Positions 8,530 through 17,046 of a DNA stretch of 35,949 nucleotides are shown here, one piece after another. Position numbers and translations under genes: made by a program. Positions within the stretch are counted from its first letter, which is position 1. Every line of letters begins with the position of its first letter. Under the pieces are notes generated by a model, which was not told the origin of the DNA, did not search any database, and saw only the letters and a program-made list of their open reading frames with translations. The stretch spans positions 1 through 35,949 of the forward strand of contig JBQGEI010000002.1 of NCBI GenBank assembly GCA_052039535.1, written 5' to 3'. This DNA is from Pseudoxanthomonas sp. Its GTDB lineage: Bacteria; Pseudomonadota; Gammaproteobacteria; Xanthomonadales; Xanthomonadaceae.

Positions 8530-8646
8530 TCAGCCGCTGCCGATCCCGGTGCGGGTGAACAGCCACAGCACCAGCCCGCCGATGCTGAGGATGCCCAGGA
8601 TGATGACCGCCATGATGCCGAGCGGCCGGCGCGAGTTGCGGTTCAT
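8530..8646 (-). CDS. 38-aa single-pass membrane microprotein (not in the ORF track)
   Basis: MNRNSRRPLGIMAVIILGILSIGGLVLWLFTRTGIGSG*; GGAG RBS; ATGA overlap with the stop of the upstream gene; all codons end in G/C. Confidence 0.75.
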   Translation of the reverse strand: MNRNSRRPLGIMAVIILGILSIGGLVLWLFTRTGIGSG

Positions 8647-8924
8647 GCGTCATCTCCGCGCGGGGTGTCCGGCGGTGCCACGTCCTCGCCGCTCGCGCAG
8701 GGTTCGCCCTCTGGTCCACCGGCCACCAGGCCGGCCGCGACCAGCATGCAGGTCAGGCGCTGGTTGACGTAGGCCTCGTGTTCGGCCGGCGCATCGCGCG
8801 TCAGCGGGGTGGACGCCTGGGCAAAGCGGTCCAGGGCCGTGGCGGTATCGCCCTCGGCCTTCAGTGCGGGGATCAGCTGCTCCAGGCGCTGCAGTTCGGC
8901 ATCGATGTCGGCGCGGGTCTTCAT
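8643..8924 (-). CDS. Small helical hypothetical protein
   Basis: MKTRADIDAELQRLEQLIP...; good codon usage; candidate -10 (GATGAT) 7 nt before ATG suggests a leaderless start at 8924. Confidence 0.75.
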   Translation of the reverse strand: MKTRADIDAELQRLEQLIPALKAEGDTATALDRFAQASTPLTRDAPAEHEAYVNQRLTCMLVAAGLVAGGPEGEPCASGEDVAPPDTPRGDDA

Positions 8925-8931
8925 GCCGCGC

Positions 8932-8964
8932 ATCATCGGCAGCGGCGCGTCACGGCGGTGTCAG
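8932..8964 (-). promoter_or_regulatory. Shared promoter motif CTGAC-N6-GTGAC-N11-GATGAT
   Basis: Exact geometry match to the other motif copies. Confidence 0.6.
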
Positions 8965-9010
8965 TTCGCCCTGTCCTGCCGGGGCCGGTTAACCCTGCCG
9001 ATGCATGGCC

Positions 9011-9043
9011 TTGGCGTGACCCTAATCCGACGCACGGCAGGAT
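9011..9043 (+). promoter_or_regulatory. Shared promoter motif TTGGC-N6-CTAAT-N11-CAGGAT (in-phase TTAAC at 8989)
   Basis: Geometry match; upstream half-site weak. Confidence 0.45.
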
Positions 9044-9071
9044 CGGGGCGTAACCCCAGCGGAGAAGCCAC

Positions 9072-9485
9072 ATGCGTATCAGCGAAGTGATGAGCCGGGA
9101 TGTCTGCGTGGTATCGCCTGGCACCACCCTGCAGGACGCCGCACGGCGGATGGCCGAGCACGATGTCGGCAGCCTCCCGGTGGGCGAGGACGACCGCCTG
9201 GTGGGTATCGTCACCGACCGGGACCTGGTCCTGCGCGGCATCGGCGAGGGCCGCGACGTCGGCACCCCGGTGCGCGAGGTGATGACGCCCGAGGTGCAGT
9301 ACTGCTTCGACGACCAGGACGTGGACGAAGTGGCTGCCACGATGGCGGGCCTGGAACTGCGCCGGCTACCGGTGGTGGACCGCGACATGCGCCTGGTGGG
9401 CATCGTCTCGCTCGCCAACTTCGCCCACAGCCACGACGCCCAGGCCTCGCAGGAACTGCTGCGCGGCGTGGCGCGGCCACACTGA
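9072..9485 (+). CDS. CBS domain-containing protein
   Basis: VMS, VGSLPV, LVGIVTDRDL, VREVMT, RRLPVVD..LVGIVSL; GGAG RBS. Confidence 0.93.
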   Translation: MRISEVMSRDVCVVSPGTTLQDAARRMAEHDVGSLPVGEDDRLVGIVTDRDLVLRGIGEGRDVGTPVREVMTPEVQYCFDDQDVDEVAATMAGLELRRLPVVDRDMRLVGIVSLANFAHSHDAQASQELLRGVARPH

Positions 9486-9499
9486 CCGGAGGTCCTGCC

Positions 9500-9976
9500 A
9501 TGCGTCCACATCTGCTCAGGATCCTCGTCGCGGCCAGCGTGCTGTCATTGGCGGCCTGCGGCGGAGCCGGAGACCCGCAGGTCAGCGAGGGTGGCGCCGT
9601 CCAGGACACGCCCACGCCGGCCGCGGGTGGTGCGCCGGCGGGCGCGACCGCGACGGCCAGCCCCGGCAATGCGGGCGATGCGTCGATGCCCGGGCCGGCA
9701 GATGCGGGCGTCGTGGGGGCGGGTACCGCTGCCGGCCCGGCCGGCCAGGACCTTCCTTCGCACGAGCGTTACCCGGCCGCGCAGCAGACCTGCGTAGCCA
9801 GGGTCGCCGAACTGTCCGGCACGCCGGCGGCGGAGCTGGTAGTCACCGGCACCGCGCGCACCGAGGCCGGCGTGGAGGTTCGGGTGCAGCGCCAGGAACT
9901 GCGCAGTGCCTGGACCTGCCAGACCGACGCCCAGGGTCAGAAGGTGCTGGGCGTGCAGGACGGCCGCGCCAGCTGA
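9500..9976 (+). CDS. Putative lipoprotein
   Basis: Lipobox LAAC; GGAGG RBS; P/A/G-rich linker and a small C-terminal domain with two Cys. Confidence 0.8.
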   Translation: MRPHLLRILVAASVLSLAACGGAGDPQVSEGGAVQDTPTPAAGGAPAGATATASPGNAGDASMPGPADAGVVGAGTAAGPAGQDLPSHERYPAAQQTCVARVAELSGTPAAELVVTGTARTEAGVEVRVQRQELRSAWTCQTDAQGQKVLGVQDGRAS

Positions 9977-9998
9977 CCGTTGCTGGATCCGGGCCTGC

Positions 9999-10040
9999 TT
10001 GATCCGGATCAAGGCGGGCCGCGCCGGCCCGCCGCACACT
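9999..10040 (+). promoter_or_regulatory. FNR/Anr box (TTGAT-CCGG-ATCAA) with class II -10 CACACT
   Basis: Perfect consensus at 9999-10012; centre 41.5 bp from the start site implied by CACACT at 10035-10040. Confidence 0.8.
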
Positions 10041-10069
10041 GGCTCCACGCTCATGCGGGAGCCCCTGCC

Positions 10070-10519
10070 ATGTACACCCAACTGCTGGTTCCGACCGACG
10101 GCTCGCCGCTGTCCGACCATGCGCTTGGCCAGGCACTGTCCCTTGCCGGCGAGCTGGGCGCGCGGCTCACGGTGCTCACCGTGATCGAACCGTTCCAGGT
10201 GATGGCCTACGAGCCGGAGCAGGTCGCCGCCACCCGCGAAGCCTACGAGCGCTATGCAGGCGAGGAGGCCACCCGCCGGCTTTCGCGCGCCGCGGCCCAG
10301 GCCGCCGCCGCCGGGGTGCCTTGCGAGGTGGTGTCGGTCAGTGCGGCCGATCCGCACGAGGCGATCATCGAGGCCGCCCATGCCCACGGCTGCGACCTGG
10401 TGGCAATGGCCTCGCACGGCCGGCGCGGTTTCAAGGCGCTGGTGCTCGGCAGCGTCACTGCCAAGGTTCTCACCCACTGCGATCTGCCGGTGCTGGTCTA
10501 CCGGCCACCCGCAGACTGA
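10070..10519 (+). CDS. Universal stress protein (UspA family)
   Basis: LVPTDGS, DLVAMASHGRRG, LGSVTAKVL, PVLV; GGGAG RBS. Confidence 0.95.
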   Translation: MYTQLLVPTDGSPLSDHALGQALSLAGELGARLTVLTVIEPFQVMAYEPEQVAATREAYERYAGEEATRRLSRAAAQAAAAGVPCEVVSVSAADPHEAIIEAAHAHGCDLVAMASHGRRGFKALVLGSVTAKVLTHCDLPVLVYRPPAD

Positions 10520-10579
10520 CTCCAGCGGTACGCCGTCCCGGTCCGCCCCTCGGCCGGGACGGCGTGCCATCCTGAGGTT

Positions 10580-10606
10580 GCGCGCGCCTGTCGCGCGCTT
10601 TTTTTT
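10580..10606 (+). terminator. Rho-independent terminator-like hairpin plus T8
   Basis: GCGCGCG-cctgt-CGCGCGC-TTTTTTTT; preceded by a longer hairpin at 10527-10568. Confidence 0.65.
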
Positions 10607-10617
10607 GCCCGCCATCG

Positions 10618-11139
10618 ATGACGATCCGCACGCTCTACCTGGCCGGCCCGGACGTGTTCCATCCGCGGGCGGCCCACCGCGGCCACCAGCTGAAGGCCGC
10701 CTGCGCGCGGCATGGCTTCACCGGCCTGTTCCCGCTGGACCAGCAGGTGCCTGCAACGATCACCACCCCGGGCGAACGCGCGGCCTGGATCTACCGGGCC
10801 AACATCGCGCTGGTCGAGCGCGCGGACGCGGTGCTGGCCAACCTCGATTTCTTCCGCGGCGCCGAGCCCGACAGCGGCACCTGCTTCGAGGTGGGCTATG
10901 CGGTGGCACGCGGCAAGCCGGTGCTGGGCTACATCCCCGAAGGTGGCAGTCTTGCCCGGCGCATCCGCCTGCGCCATCCGGACGCGATCGGCGCCGACGG
11001 CCTGCTCGACCGCCAGGGCTGGCATGTCGAGCAGTTCGGGCTTCCCCTGAACCTGATGCTGTGCGTGCCGGCGCCGGTGGTGGTGGGCGACGCCGGCACC
11101 GCGCTGGCGCACCTGGCAGCGCGCCAGCGCGCCGGCTGA
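10618..11139 (+). CDS. Nucleoside 2-deoxyribosyltransferase family protein
   Basis: LYLAGPDVF, ADAVLANL..FRG.EPDSGTCFEVGYA..GKPV, FGLPLNLM. Confidence 0.9.
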   Translation: MTIRTLYLAGPDVFHPRAAHRGHQLKAACARHGFTGLFPLDQQVPATITTPGERAAWIYRANIALVERADAVLANLDFFRGAEPDSGTCFEVGYAVARGKPVLGYIPEGGSLARRIRLRHPDAIGADGLLDRQGWHVEQFGLPLNLMLCVPAPVVVGDAGTALAHLAARQRAG

Positions 11140-11140
11140 G

Positions 11141-11983
11141 TCAGCGGCGTACCGCCAGCACGCCATCCAGCTCCGGGGCTGCACGGAAGCCGGCCTTCTC
11201 CATCCGGCGCGCCACCTCGCGCGGCACGTCGCGGCCGCTGGTCAGCCGGTTGGGGCTTCCGGTGTAGTGGAACAGGCGGCCGCCACGGCGCAGCACCCGC
11301 GCCAGCTGGTCGTAGAACGCCTGCGAGTAGAGCTCGCCGGCGATGCCGAAGCGGGGCGGGTCGTGCAGCACCGCATCGAAGGCCGCGGCGGGCAGCCCGC
11401 CGATGGCCTGGGAGACGTCGCCGTGGTGCAGCTCCAGCCGTCCGCCGGCGTCGGCCGAGGCCGGGTCCGGCGACCACGGGTTGAGCGTGCGCAGCCACAG
11501 CACGCTGTCGTTCTTCTCGAACGAGACGATCCGCGCGGCACCGGCCTCCAGGCAGCAGGCGGCGAAGTAGCCCAGGCCGCCGCAGGTATCCAGCACGGCC
11601 AGGCCACGCGGCTGCACCAGCGCCACCTTGCGGCGGGCATCCTCCAGCGGCGACACCTTTGCCGTGGGCAGCATCTTGATGCCGTCGATCTCGAAGGTCG
11701 GCGGCCCCCACGGGGTGGGCACCAGCTTGATCAGGGAGCCGGCGTAGCGCGACACCGGCTCCCAGTCCTCTTCCACCAGGTGGTAGATCGTGCGGTCGCG
11801 CAGCCTGTCCGGATACGGGTAGTCGCGCTGCTGCCAGCGCCAGGCCCCGGTGCCGGTGGCGACCTGCGCCTGGCTGCGGCCCAGGTCCAGGGTCAGCTGG
11901 CAGCCGGGCTCGCCGGCCTGACGGGCGTCCAGCAGCCGGCGGGCCACGTCCAGGGTGAGCAGGGGAACGTCGGGACGGGGCAT
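11141..11983 (-). CDS. SAM-dependent methyltransferase (MnmC-like / COG2521 type)
   Basis: PTFEIDGIKM, VLDTCGGLGY, LNPWS, HDPPRFGIAGELYS, RLFHYTG. Confidence 0.85.
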   Translation of the reverse strand: MPRPDVPLLTLDVARRLLDARQAGEPGCQLTLDLGRSQAQVATGTGAWRWQQRDYPYPDRLRDRTIYHLVEEDWEPVSRYAGSLIKLVPTPWGPPTFEIDGIKMLPTAKVSPLEDARRKVALVQPRGLAVLDTCGGLGYFAACCLEAGAARIVSFEKNDSVLWLRTLNPWSPDPASADAGGRLELHHGDVSQAIGGLPAAAFDAVLHDPPRFGIAGELYSQAFYDQLARVLRRGGRLFHYTGSPNRLTSGRDVPREVARRMEKAGFRAAPELDGVLAVRR

Positions 11984-12198
11984 CGGGCAGCGCGGCGGGG
12001 ACGGGCGGGCATCGTAACCGGATCGGCGGTGGCGGCCCGGCGCGGCGCGGCGTGCTTTTGGCCGCGGATCCGGTCAAGAATGCGCCCGGGGGCCCGATAT
12101 CCGGATGTGCGGTACGGAGATCCACGCGTTGCCGGGCCCCCGGCGATGCCGCGCCGGGCAGGGCGGCACTCCCGAGGCCACGCAGGAATGGGGCATTG

Positions 12199-14916
12199 AT
12201 GACGACTCAGGACCCGAGCCCCAAGCCCCGCGAGGACCGCGACGCCCTGCGGGCATCCCGGCTGGCGCCGGCGGGCTGGGCCTTGCTGGTGCTGCTGGCC
12301 GGGCTGCTGTGCACGGCCGAGGGCGTGCGCCGCCAGTACGCCCGGGTCCAGGCCGAGGCCCAGGCGATGCACCGCTCCATGGCCTCGTCCGCCCAGGAGC
12401 GGCTGCGGGTGGACCTGGACCGGGCCGCGCAGGCGCTGCGGGCGATGCAGACCGTGTTCCTGGGCAGCGACCGGGTCGACCAGGCCATCTTCGACCGCTA
12501 CCAGCAGAACCTGCGCGCGAACGAACGCATGCGCGGCCACGTGGTGACGGCCTTCGCGCGGCGGCATCCCGGCCCGTCCTATCCCTACGAACTGGTCACG
12601 CCGCTGGATGGCAACCGCCCGCTGCTGGGGTTCGACATCGCCCACCAGGAGGAGAACCTCATCGCCCTGGAGCGCGCGCGCGACACCGACACGGCCGCCA
12701 TGTCCGCGCCGTTCCCGCTGATGCAGTTCGCCGGCGAGCCCGGCGGGCCGGTCCTGGGCGTGACCCTGCGCCTGCCGGTCTACTCGCACGGGCGCGCACC
12801 GGCGACGGTGGCCGAGCGGCGGCAGCGCGAGATCGGCGCGCTGGCCATCAGCCTGCGCCTGCGGCCGATGGTGGAGAAGGCGCTGGAGGGGCGGATCCTG
12901 GAATTCATGCTGGTCCGCCTGCGCGACCCGGACATGCCCGGCGACCGGGGCCTGATCTACGCCTCCGATCCGGACGCGGTGCCGCACGAGGACGCCGAGC
13001 TGCGGATGGTCGAGTTCGGGGGCCGGCGCTGGGAGTTGCTGATGTGGCCGCGCCCGGACAAGGTCGACTACGCCAGCGTGGCCACGGTGGGCCTGGTCGG
13101 CGGCCTGATCACGCTGCTGCTGTCGCTGCTGCTGTGGACCATCGCCAACACGCGGCGGCGCGCGGTGGAACTGGGCCAGCGCATGGGCGAGCGTTTTGGC
13201 GAGAGCGAGGCCCGCTTCCGCGCGCTCAACGAACTGCTGCCGGCGCTGGTGCTCCTGGCCGACGCCCGCGACGGGATCATCGGCTACGCCAACCAGGCCG
13301 CGCGCCGCCAGCTGGGCCAGGTGATCGGGCAGCCGCTGCCATCGCTGTTCGCCGATCCGGTGCTGGGCCGCGAGGCGCTGGACATGCACGGGGCCGGCGA
13401 GGACTGGAGCGGTCGCGAAGCGCTGCTCGTGCCGGCCTCCGGCGAGTCGTTCTGGGCCCACGCGTCGCTGGCGCAGGTCGACGTGGATGGCATGCCGCAC
13501 CTGCTGATGGTGGCCAACGACATCAGCGAGCAGCGCAAGCTCACCGAGCGCCTGGGCTACCAGGCCGCGCACGACGAGCTGACCGGGCTGTACAACCGCC
13601 GGGAGTTCGAGCGGCGGCTGCAGAAGGCCCTGGCCAAGCTGGAGGCCGACCCGTCCGCGGGCTGCTTCGCGGTGCTGTACATCGACCTGGACCAGTTCAA
13701 GCTGGTCAACGACCTGTCCGGGCACATGGCCGGGGACCAGCTGCTGGTGGAGCTGGTGCACGCCATGCGCGGCCAGCTGCGCCCCCAGGACCTGCTGGCG
13801 CGCCTGGGCGGCGACGAGTTCGGACTGCTGGCAAGCGGCACCGGGCCGGCCCAGGCGCGTGCGCTGGCCGAGCGCATGCGCAACTGCATCGAGGACGTGC
13901 TGTTCCCCTGGGAAGCGCGCAGCTACACCGTCAGCGCCAGCATCGGCGTGGTGGTGGCCGACCAGCCCGGCGCGACCCTGAAGGACATCCTGGCCTGGGC
14001 CGACAGCGCCTGCTACCAGGCCAAGGAGGACGGCCGCAACCGCGTGCACCTGTACCGCGAGGACAAGGACACCACCCGCCGCCAGGGGGAGATGGAATGG
14101 GCCACGCGCCTGCGCCGCGCGCTGGAGGAGGACCGCCTGCTGCTGGACTACCAGGAGGTGGTGCCGCTGGATCCGGAGCCGGGCGACGACGCGCCGCGGA
14201 TCGAGCTGCTGCTGCGCCTGCGCGACGAGGACGGCCACGTGGTCCTGCCCGGGGCGTTCCTGCCGGCGGCCGAGCGTTACGGCCTGATGCCGGTGATCGA
14301 CCGCTGGGTGATCCGCACCGCGCTGGCCAACGCCGACAGGCTGCACCCGCGCGGCGCCGGCCTGCGCAGCTTCGCGCTCAACCTGTCCGGCGCCAGCATC
14401 GAGGACCAGGGCCTGGCCGACTACATCCTCGGCTGCATCGCCGAGCACGGCGTGGAGGCGCGGCGGGTGTGCCTGGAGATCACCGAAACGGTGGCGGTGC
14501 GCAACCTGCGCCGGGTGGTGCCGGTGATCGAGCGCCTGCGCGCGGCCGGCTGCCGCATCGCCCTGGACGACTTCGGCGCCGGCATGTCCTCCTTCGGCTA
14601 CCTCAAGAACCTGCCGCTGGACATCATCAAGATCGACGGCAGCTTCATCCGCGACCTGGAGACCGATCCGCTCAGCGGCATCATCGTCAGCGCGATCGCC
14701 CAGATCGGCCACCAGCGCGGACTGCGGGTGGTCGCCGAGTGGGTGGACGACCCGCGCATGCTCGCCGGCCTGCGCGAGCGCGGCGTGGACCTGGCCCAGG
14801 GCTTCGCCATGCACCGCCCGGAGCGGGTGGTGTTCCAGCGCAGGCGGGCGGGCGCGGCTGCGCAGGCCGAGGGCAGGAAGGAAGATCATCTCGCGCCAGG
14901 CTCAGGAGTAGGCTGA
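12199..14916 (+). CDS. CHASE-PAS-GGDEF-EAL diguanylate cyclase/phosphodiesterase
   Basis: Two TM segments flanking a CHASE-like region (LLGFDI, FGGRRW); HDELTGLYNRR; RPQD I-site plus GGDEF; ELLLR, DDFGAG, AEWV, AQGF. Confidence 0.93.
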   Translation: MTTQDPSPKPREDRDALRASRLAPAGWALLVLLAGLLCTAEGVRRQYARVQAEAQAMHRSMASSAQERLRVDLDRAAQALRAMQTVFLGSDRVDQAIFDRYQQNLRANERMRGHVVTAFARRHPGPSYPYELVTPLDGNRPLLGFDIAHQEENLIALERARDTDTAAMSAPFPLMQFAGEPGGPVLGVTLRLPVYSHGRAPATVAERRQREIGALAISLRLRPMVEKALEGRILEFMLVRLRDPDMPGDRGLIYASDPDAVPHEDAELRMVEFGGRRWELLMWPRPDKVDYASVATVGLVGGLITLLLSLLLWTIANTRRRAVELGQRMGERFGESEARFRALNELLPALVLLADARDGIIGYANQAARRQLGQVIGQPLPSLFADPVLGREALDMHGAGEDWSGREALLVPASGESFWAHASLAQVDVDGMPHLLMVANDISEQRKLTERLGYQAAHDELTGLYNRREFERRLQKALAKLEADPSAGCFAVLYIDLDQFKLVNDLSGHMAGDQLLVELVHAMRGQLRPQDLLARLGGDEFGLLASGTGPAQARALAERMRNCIEDVLFPWEARSYTVSASIGVVVADQPGATLKDILAWADSACYQAKEDGRNRVHLYREDKDTTRRQGEMEWATRLRRALEEDRLLLDYQEVVPLDPEPGDDAPRIELLLRLRDEDGHVVLPGAFLPAAERYGLMPVIDRWVIRTALANADRLHPRGAGLRSFALNLSGASIEDQGLADYILGCIAEHGVEARRVCLEITETVAVRNLRRVVPVIERLRAAGCRIALDDFGAGMSSFGYLKNLPLDIIKIDGSFIRDLETDPLSGIIVSAIAQIGHQRGLRVVAEWVDDPRMLAGLRERGVDLAQGFAMHRPERVVFQRRRAGAAAQAEGRKEDHLAPGSGVG

Positions 14917-14993
14917 CAGGCACGGATTCCGAATCCGGTGGCGCACTGCCGCCGGCACCACAAGGAAGGGGAAATGGAGTGGGAAACTATCTG

Positions 14994-16952
14994 ATGCGTG
15001 CGTGCGCCATGCTGGTCGCAGGCGTCCTGGCGGCCTGGGCGCTGCCGGCACCGGCTGCCAGCGGCGTGGACCTGGAGGCCTTCCTCCGGCGCGACATGTA
15101 CGAGACAGCCAAGATCTCGCCCGATGGCGCGTATTACGCCGTAACCGCGCCGGTGGGCGACGGCAGTGAACTGATGGTGTTCCGCCGGTCGGACATGACG
15201 CAGGTGGCCAGCATCACCCGTGGAAACGACCCGGTCGTGGAGGACTTCTGGTGGGCGAACAAGGAACGCGTACTGGTGGCGTTCGCAACCCGCTTCAACA
15301 ACTACGATGCACCGGTATCGATGGGTGAGCTCCACGCGGTCAATGTCGACGGGAGCCAGGCCCGGGTGCTGTCCAGTCCTTTTGGCCTGCGCGATGACGG
15401 GCCGGCGCAGAAGCGCCTGCCCGGCACCCTGGGAGACGCGGTCCACATGCTCGACCGCCTGCGCGAGGACCCGGACCACGTGCTGGTGCTGGCGGTGCCT
15501 TACCAGAGCGACCCCACCACCAGTGTCGAGCGGCTCAATGTCTACAGTCGCAGGCGTGCGAAGTTGACCAGCGTGCCGGCCAGGAGGGCTCGCTTCGTTA
15601 CCGATGCCCAGGCCCGTGTCCGCCTGGCCATCGGCACGGACCTCCGTAACCACGCCAAACTCTACTACCGGGACGATGAGCAGGCCGCCTGGCGCCTGGT
15701 CCACGATGAGGAGCAGACCGGCACCATCCGGCACCCGGTCGGGTTCAGCGCCGACGGCCGGTTTGCCTATCTGCAGGTGGAGCATGCGCAGGGTCCGGAT
15801 TCACTGGTGGCGTGGGACCCGCGGACCGGCCAGTCCACCGAGTTGCTGCGTGATCCGGTGGTCGATCCGTACCGGGTGCTGTACGACCTGGACGAGCGTA
15901 CGCCCATCGGCGCGCTGTACATGACCGATCGCATCCACTACCGGTTCTTCGACGAGCAGGCGCCCACTGCGCGCCTGTACCGCATGCTGGAAAAGGCCTT
16001 TGGCGGTGACGCGGTGCGCATCACCTCGGCGACCGACGACGGGCGCGAGCTGCTGGTGTACGTATGGAGCGACCGCAACAACGGCGACTACTTCGTCTTT
16101 GACACCGCCACGCGCAAGGCCACGCGCCTGTTCGGACGCCGGGAGTGGTTCGCGCCCGACGCAGTGCCGCCATCGCGCCTGATCAGCTTCGCGACGCGGG
16201 ACGGGATGCCGATGTACGGCTACCTGACCGAGCCCCTGGACAAGGCCACCGGCCCCAGGCCGATGGTGCTGCTGCCGCACGGCGGGCCGTTCGGCGTACG
16301 CGATGAATGGGCCTTCGGCGACGATGCCCAGATCCTGGCCTCGGCCGGGTACGCCGTGCTGCGGGTGAATTTCCGCGGGTCGGGCGGATATGGCCGCGCC
16401 CACCAGCGGGCCGGGGAAAAGGAATGGGGCGGCCGCATGCAGGACGACCTGACCGATGCCACGCGCTGGGCAATCGAGCAGGGGATTGCCGATCCGTCCC
16501 GCATCTGCATCTACGGGGCCAGCTACGGTGGGTATGCCGCGCTGATGGGCGTGGCCAGGGAGCCGGACCTGTACCGCTGTGCGGCCGGTTACGTCGGGGC
16601 CTACGACCTGCAACGGCTGCACCGGGATTTCGCCTTGCAGGCGCGCACTACCGGGGCCTACGCGGCTGAATGGATCGGCGAGAGGAGCCAGCTGGCGGAA
16701 CGCTCGCCGGTTAACCTGGCGGAACGGATCAAGGCGCCGGTGTTCCTGGCAGCCGGGGGCAAGGACCATCGCACCACCGTGGAACACACCCGGGACATGG
16801 AGCGGGCCCTGCGCAAGGTCGGCGTGCCGGTGGAGGCGCTGTACTTCCCGCAGGAGGCCCATGGTTTCTACGGGACGGAGAATCGGCGTCAGTACTACAC
16901 GCGCCTGCTGGGCTTCCTCTCCGACAACCTCGGCGGGGCCCGGGTGCGTTGA
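14994..16952 (+). CDS. S9 family (prolyl oligopeptidase/aminoacyl peptidase) serine peptidase, secreted
   Basis: Signal peptide; PHGGP, NFRGSGGYG, GASYGG nucleophile, GKD, EAHGF; alternative GTG start at 14979. Confidence 0.93.
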   Translation: MRACAMLVAGVLAAWALPAPAASGVDLEAFLRRDMYETAKISPDGAYYAVTAPVGDGSELMVFRRSDMTQVASITRGNDPVVEDFWWANKERVLVAFATRFNNYDAPVSMGELHAVNVDGSQARVLSSPFGLRDDGPAQKRLPGTLGDAVHMLDRLREDPDHVLVLAVPYQSDPTTSVERLNVYSRRRAKLTSVPARRARFVTDAQARVRLAIGTDLRNHAKLYYRDDEQAAWRLVHDEEQTGTIRHPVGFSADGRFAYLQVEHAQGPDSLVAWDPRTGQSTELLRDPVVDPYRVLYDLDERTPIGALYMTDRIHYRFFDEQAPTARLYRMLEKAFGGDAVRITSATDDGRELLVYVWSDRNNGDYFVFDTATRKATRLFGRREWFAPDAVPPSRLISFATRDGMPMYGYLTEPLDKATGPRPMVLLPHGGPFGVRDEWAFGDDAQILASAGYAVLRVNFRGSGGYGRAHQRAGEKEWGGRMQDDLTDATRWAIEQGIADPSRICIYGASYGGYAALMGVAREPDLYRCAAGYVGAYDLQRLHRDFALQARTTGAYAAEWIGERSQLAERSPVNLAERIKAPVFLAAGGKDHRTTVEHTRDMERALRKVGVPVEALYFPQEAHGFYGTENRRQYYTRLLGFLSDNLGGARVR

Positions 16953-17000
16953 TCGGGCGGGCCGGCGCGTGGCGCACCGGCCCGGGGATGCCACGGTGAT

Positions 17001-17037
17001 CGCGCCGGCCGCTCCGGTGACGGACGCGGCCGGCGCG
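17001..17037. terminator. GC-rich hairpin between convergent S9 peptidase and GH9 genes
   Basis: CGCGCCGGCCGC...GCGGCCGGCGCG inverted repeat; no clear U-tract. Confidence 0.45.
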
Positions 17038-17046
17038 CAGAGCGGC

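Noticed and set aside
11893-14889. 998-aa antisense ORF (likewise 16579-19584 and many other long overlapping ORFs)
   Set aside because: Shadow frames of well-supported genes, expected at this GC content; no recognisable motifs
12105-14993. Apparent 1615-aa fusion ORF ending in the S9 peptidase
   Set aside because: The N-terminal ~960 aa is R/P/G/A-rich off-frame translation over the GGDEF/EAL gene; the real protein starts with a signal peptide at 14979/14994
14994-16952. Impression of more A/T-ending codons in the S9 peptidase (and the PAS kinase) suggesting horizontal acquisition
   Set aside because: Not quantified; no integrase, transposase, tRNA or flanking repeats; needs GC3/codon-usage computation
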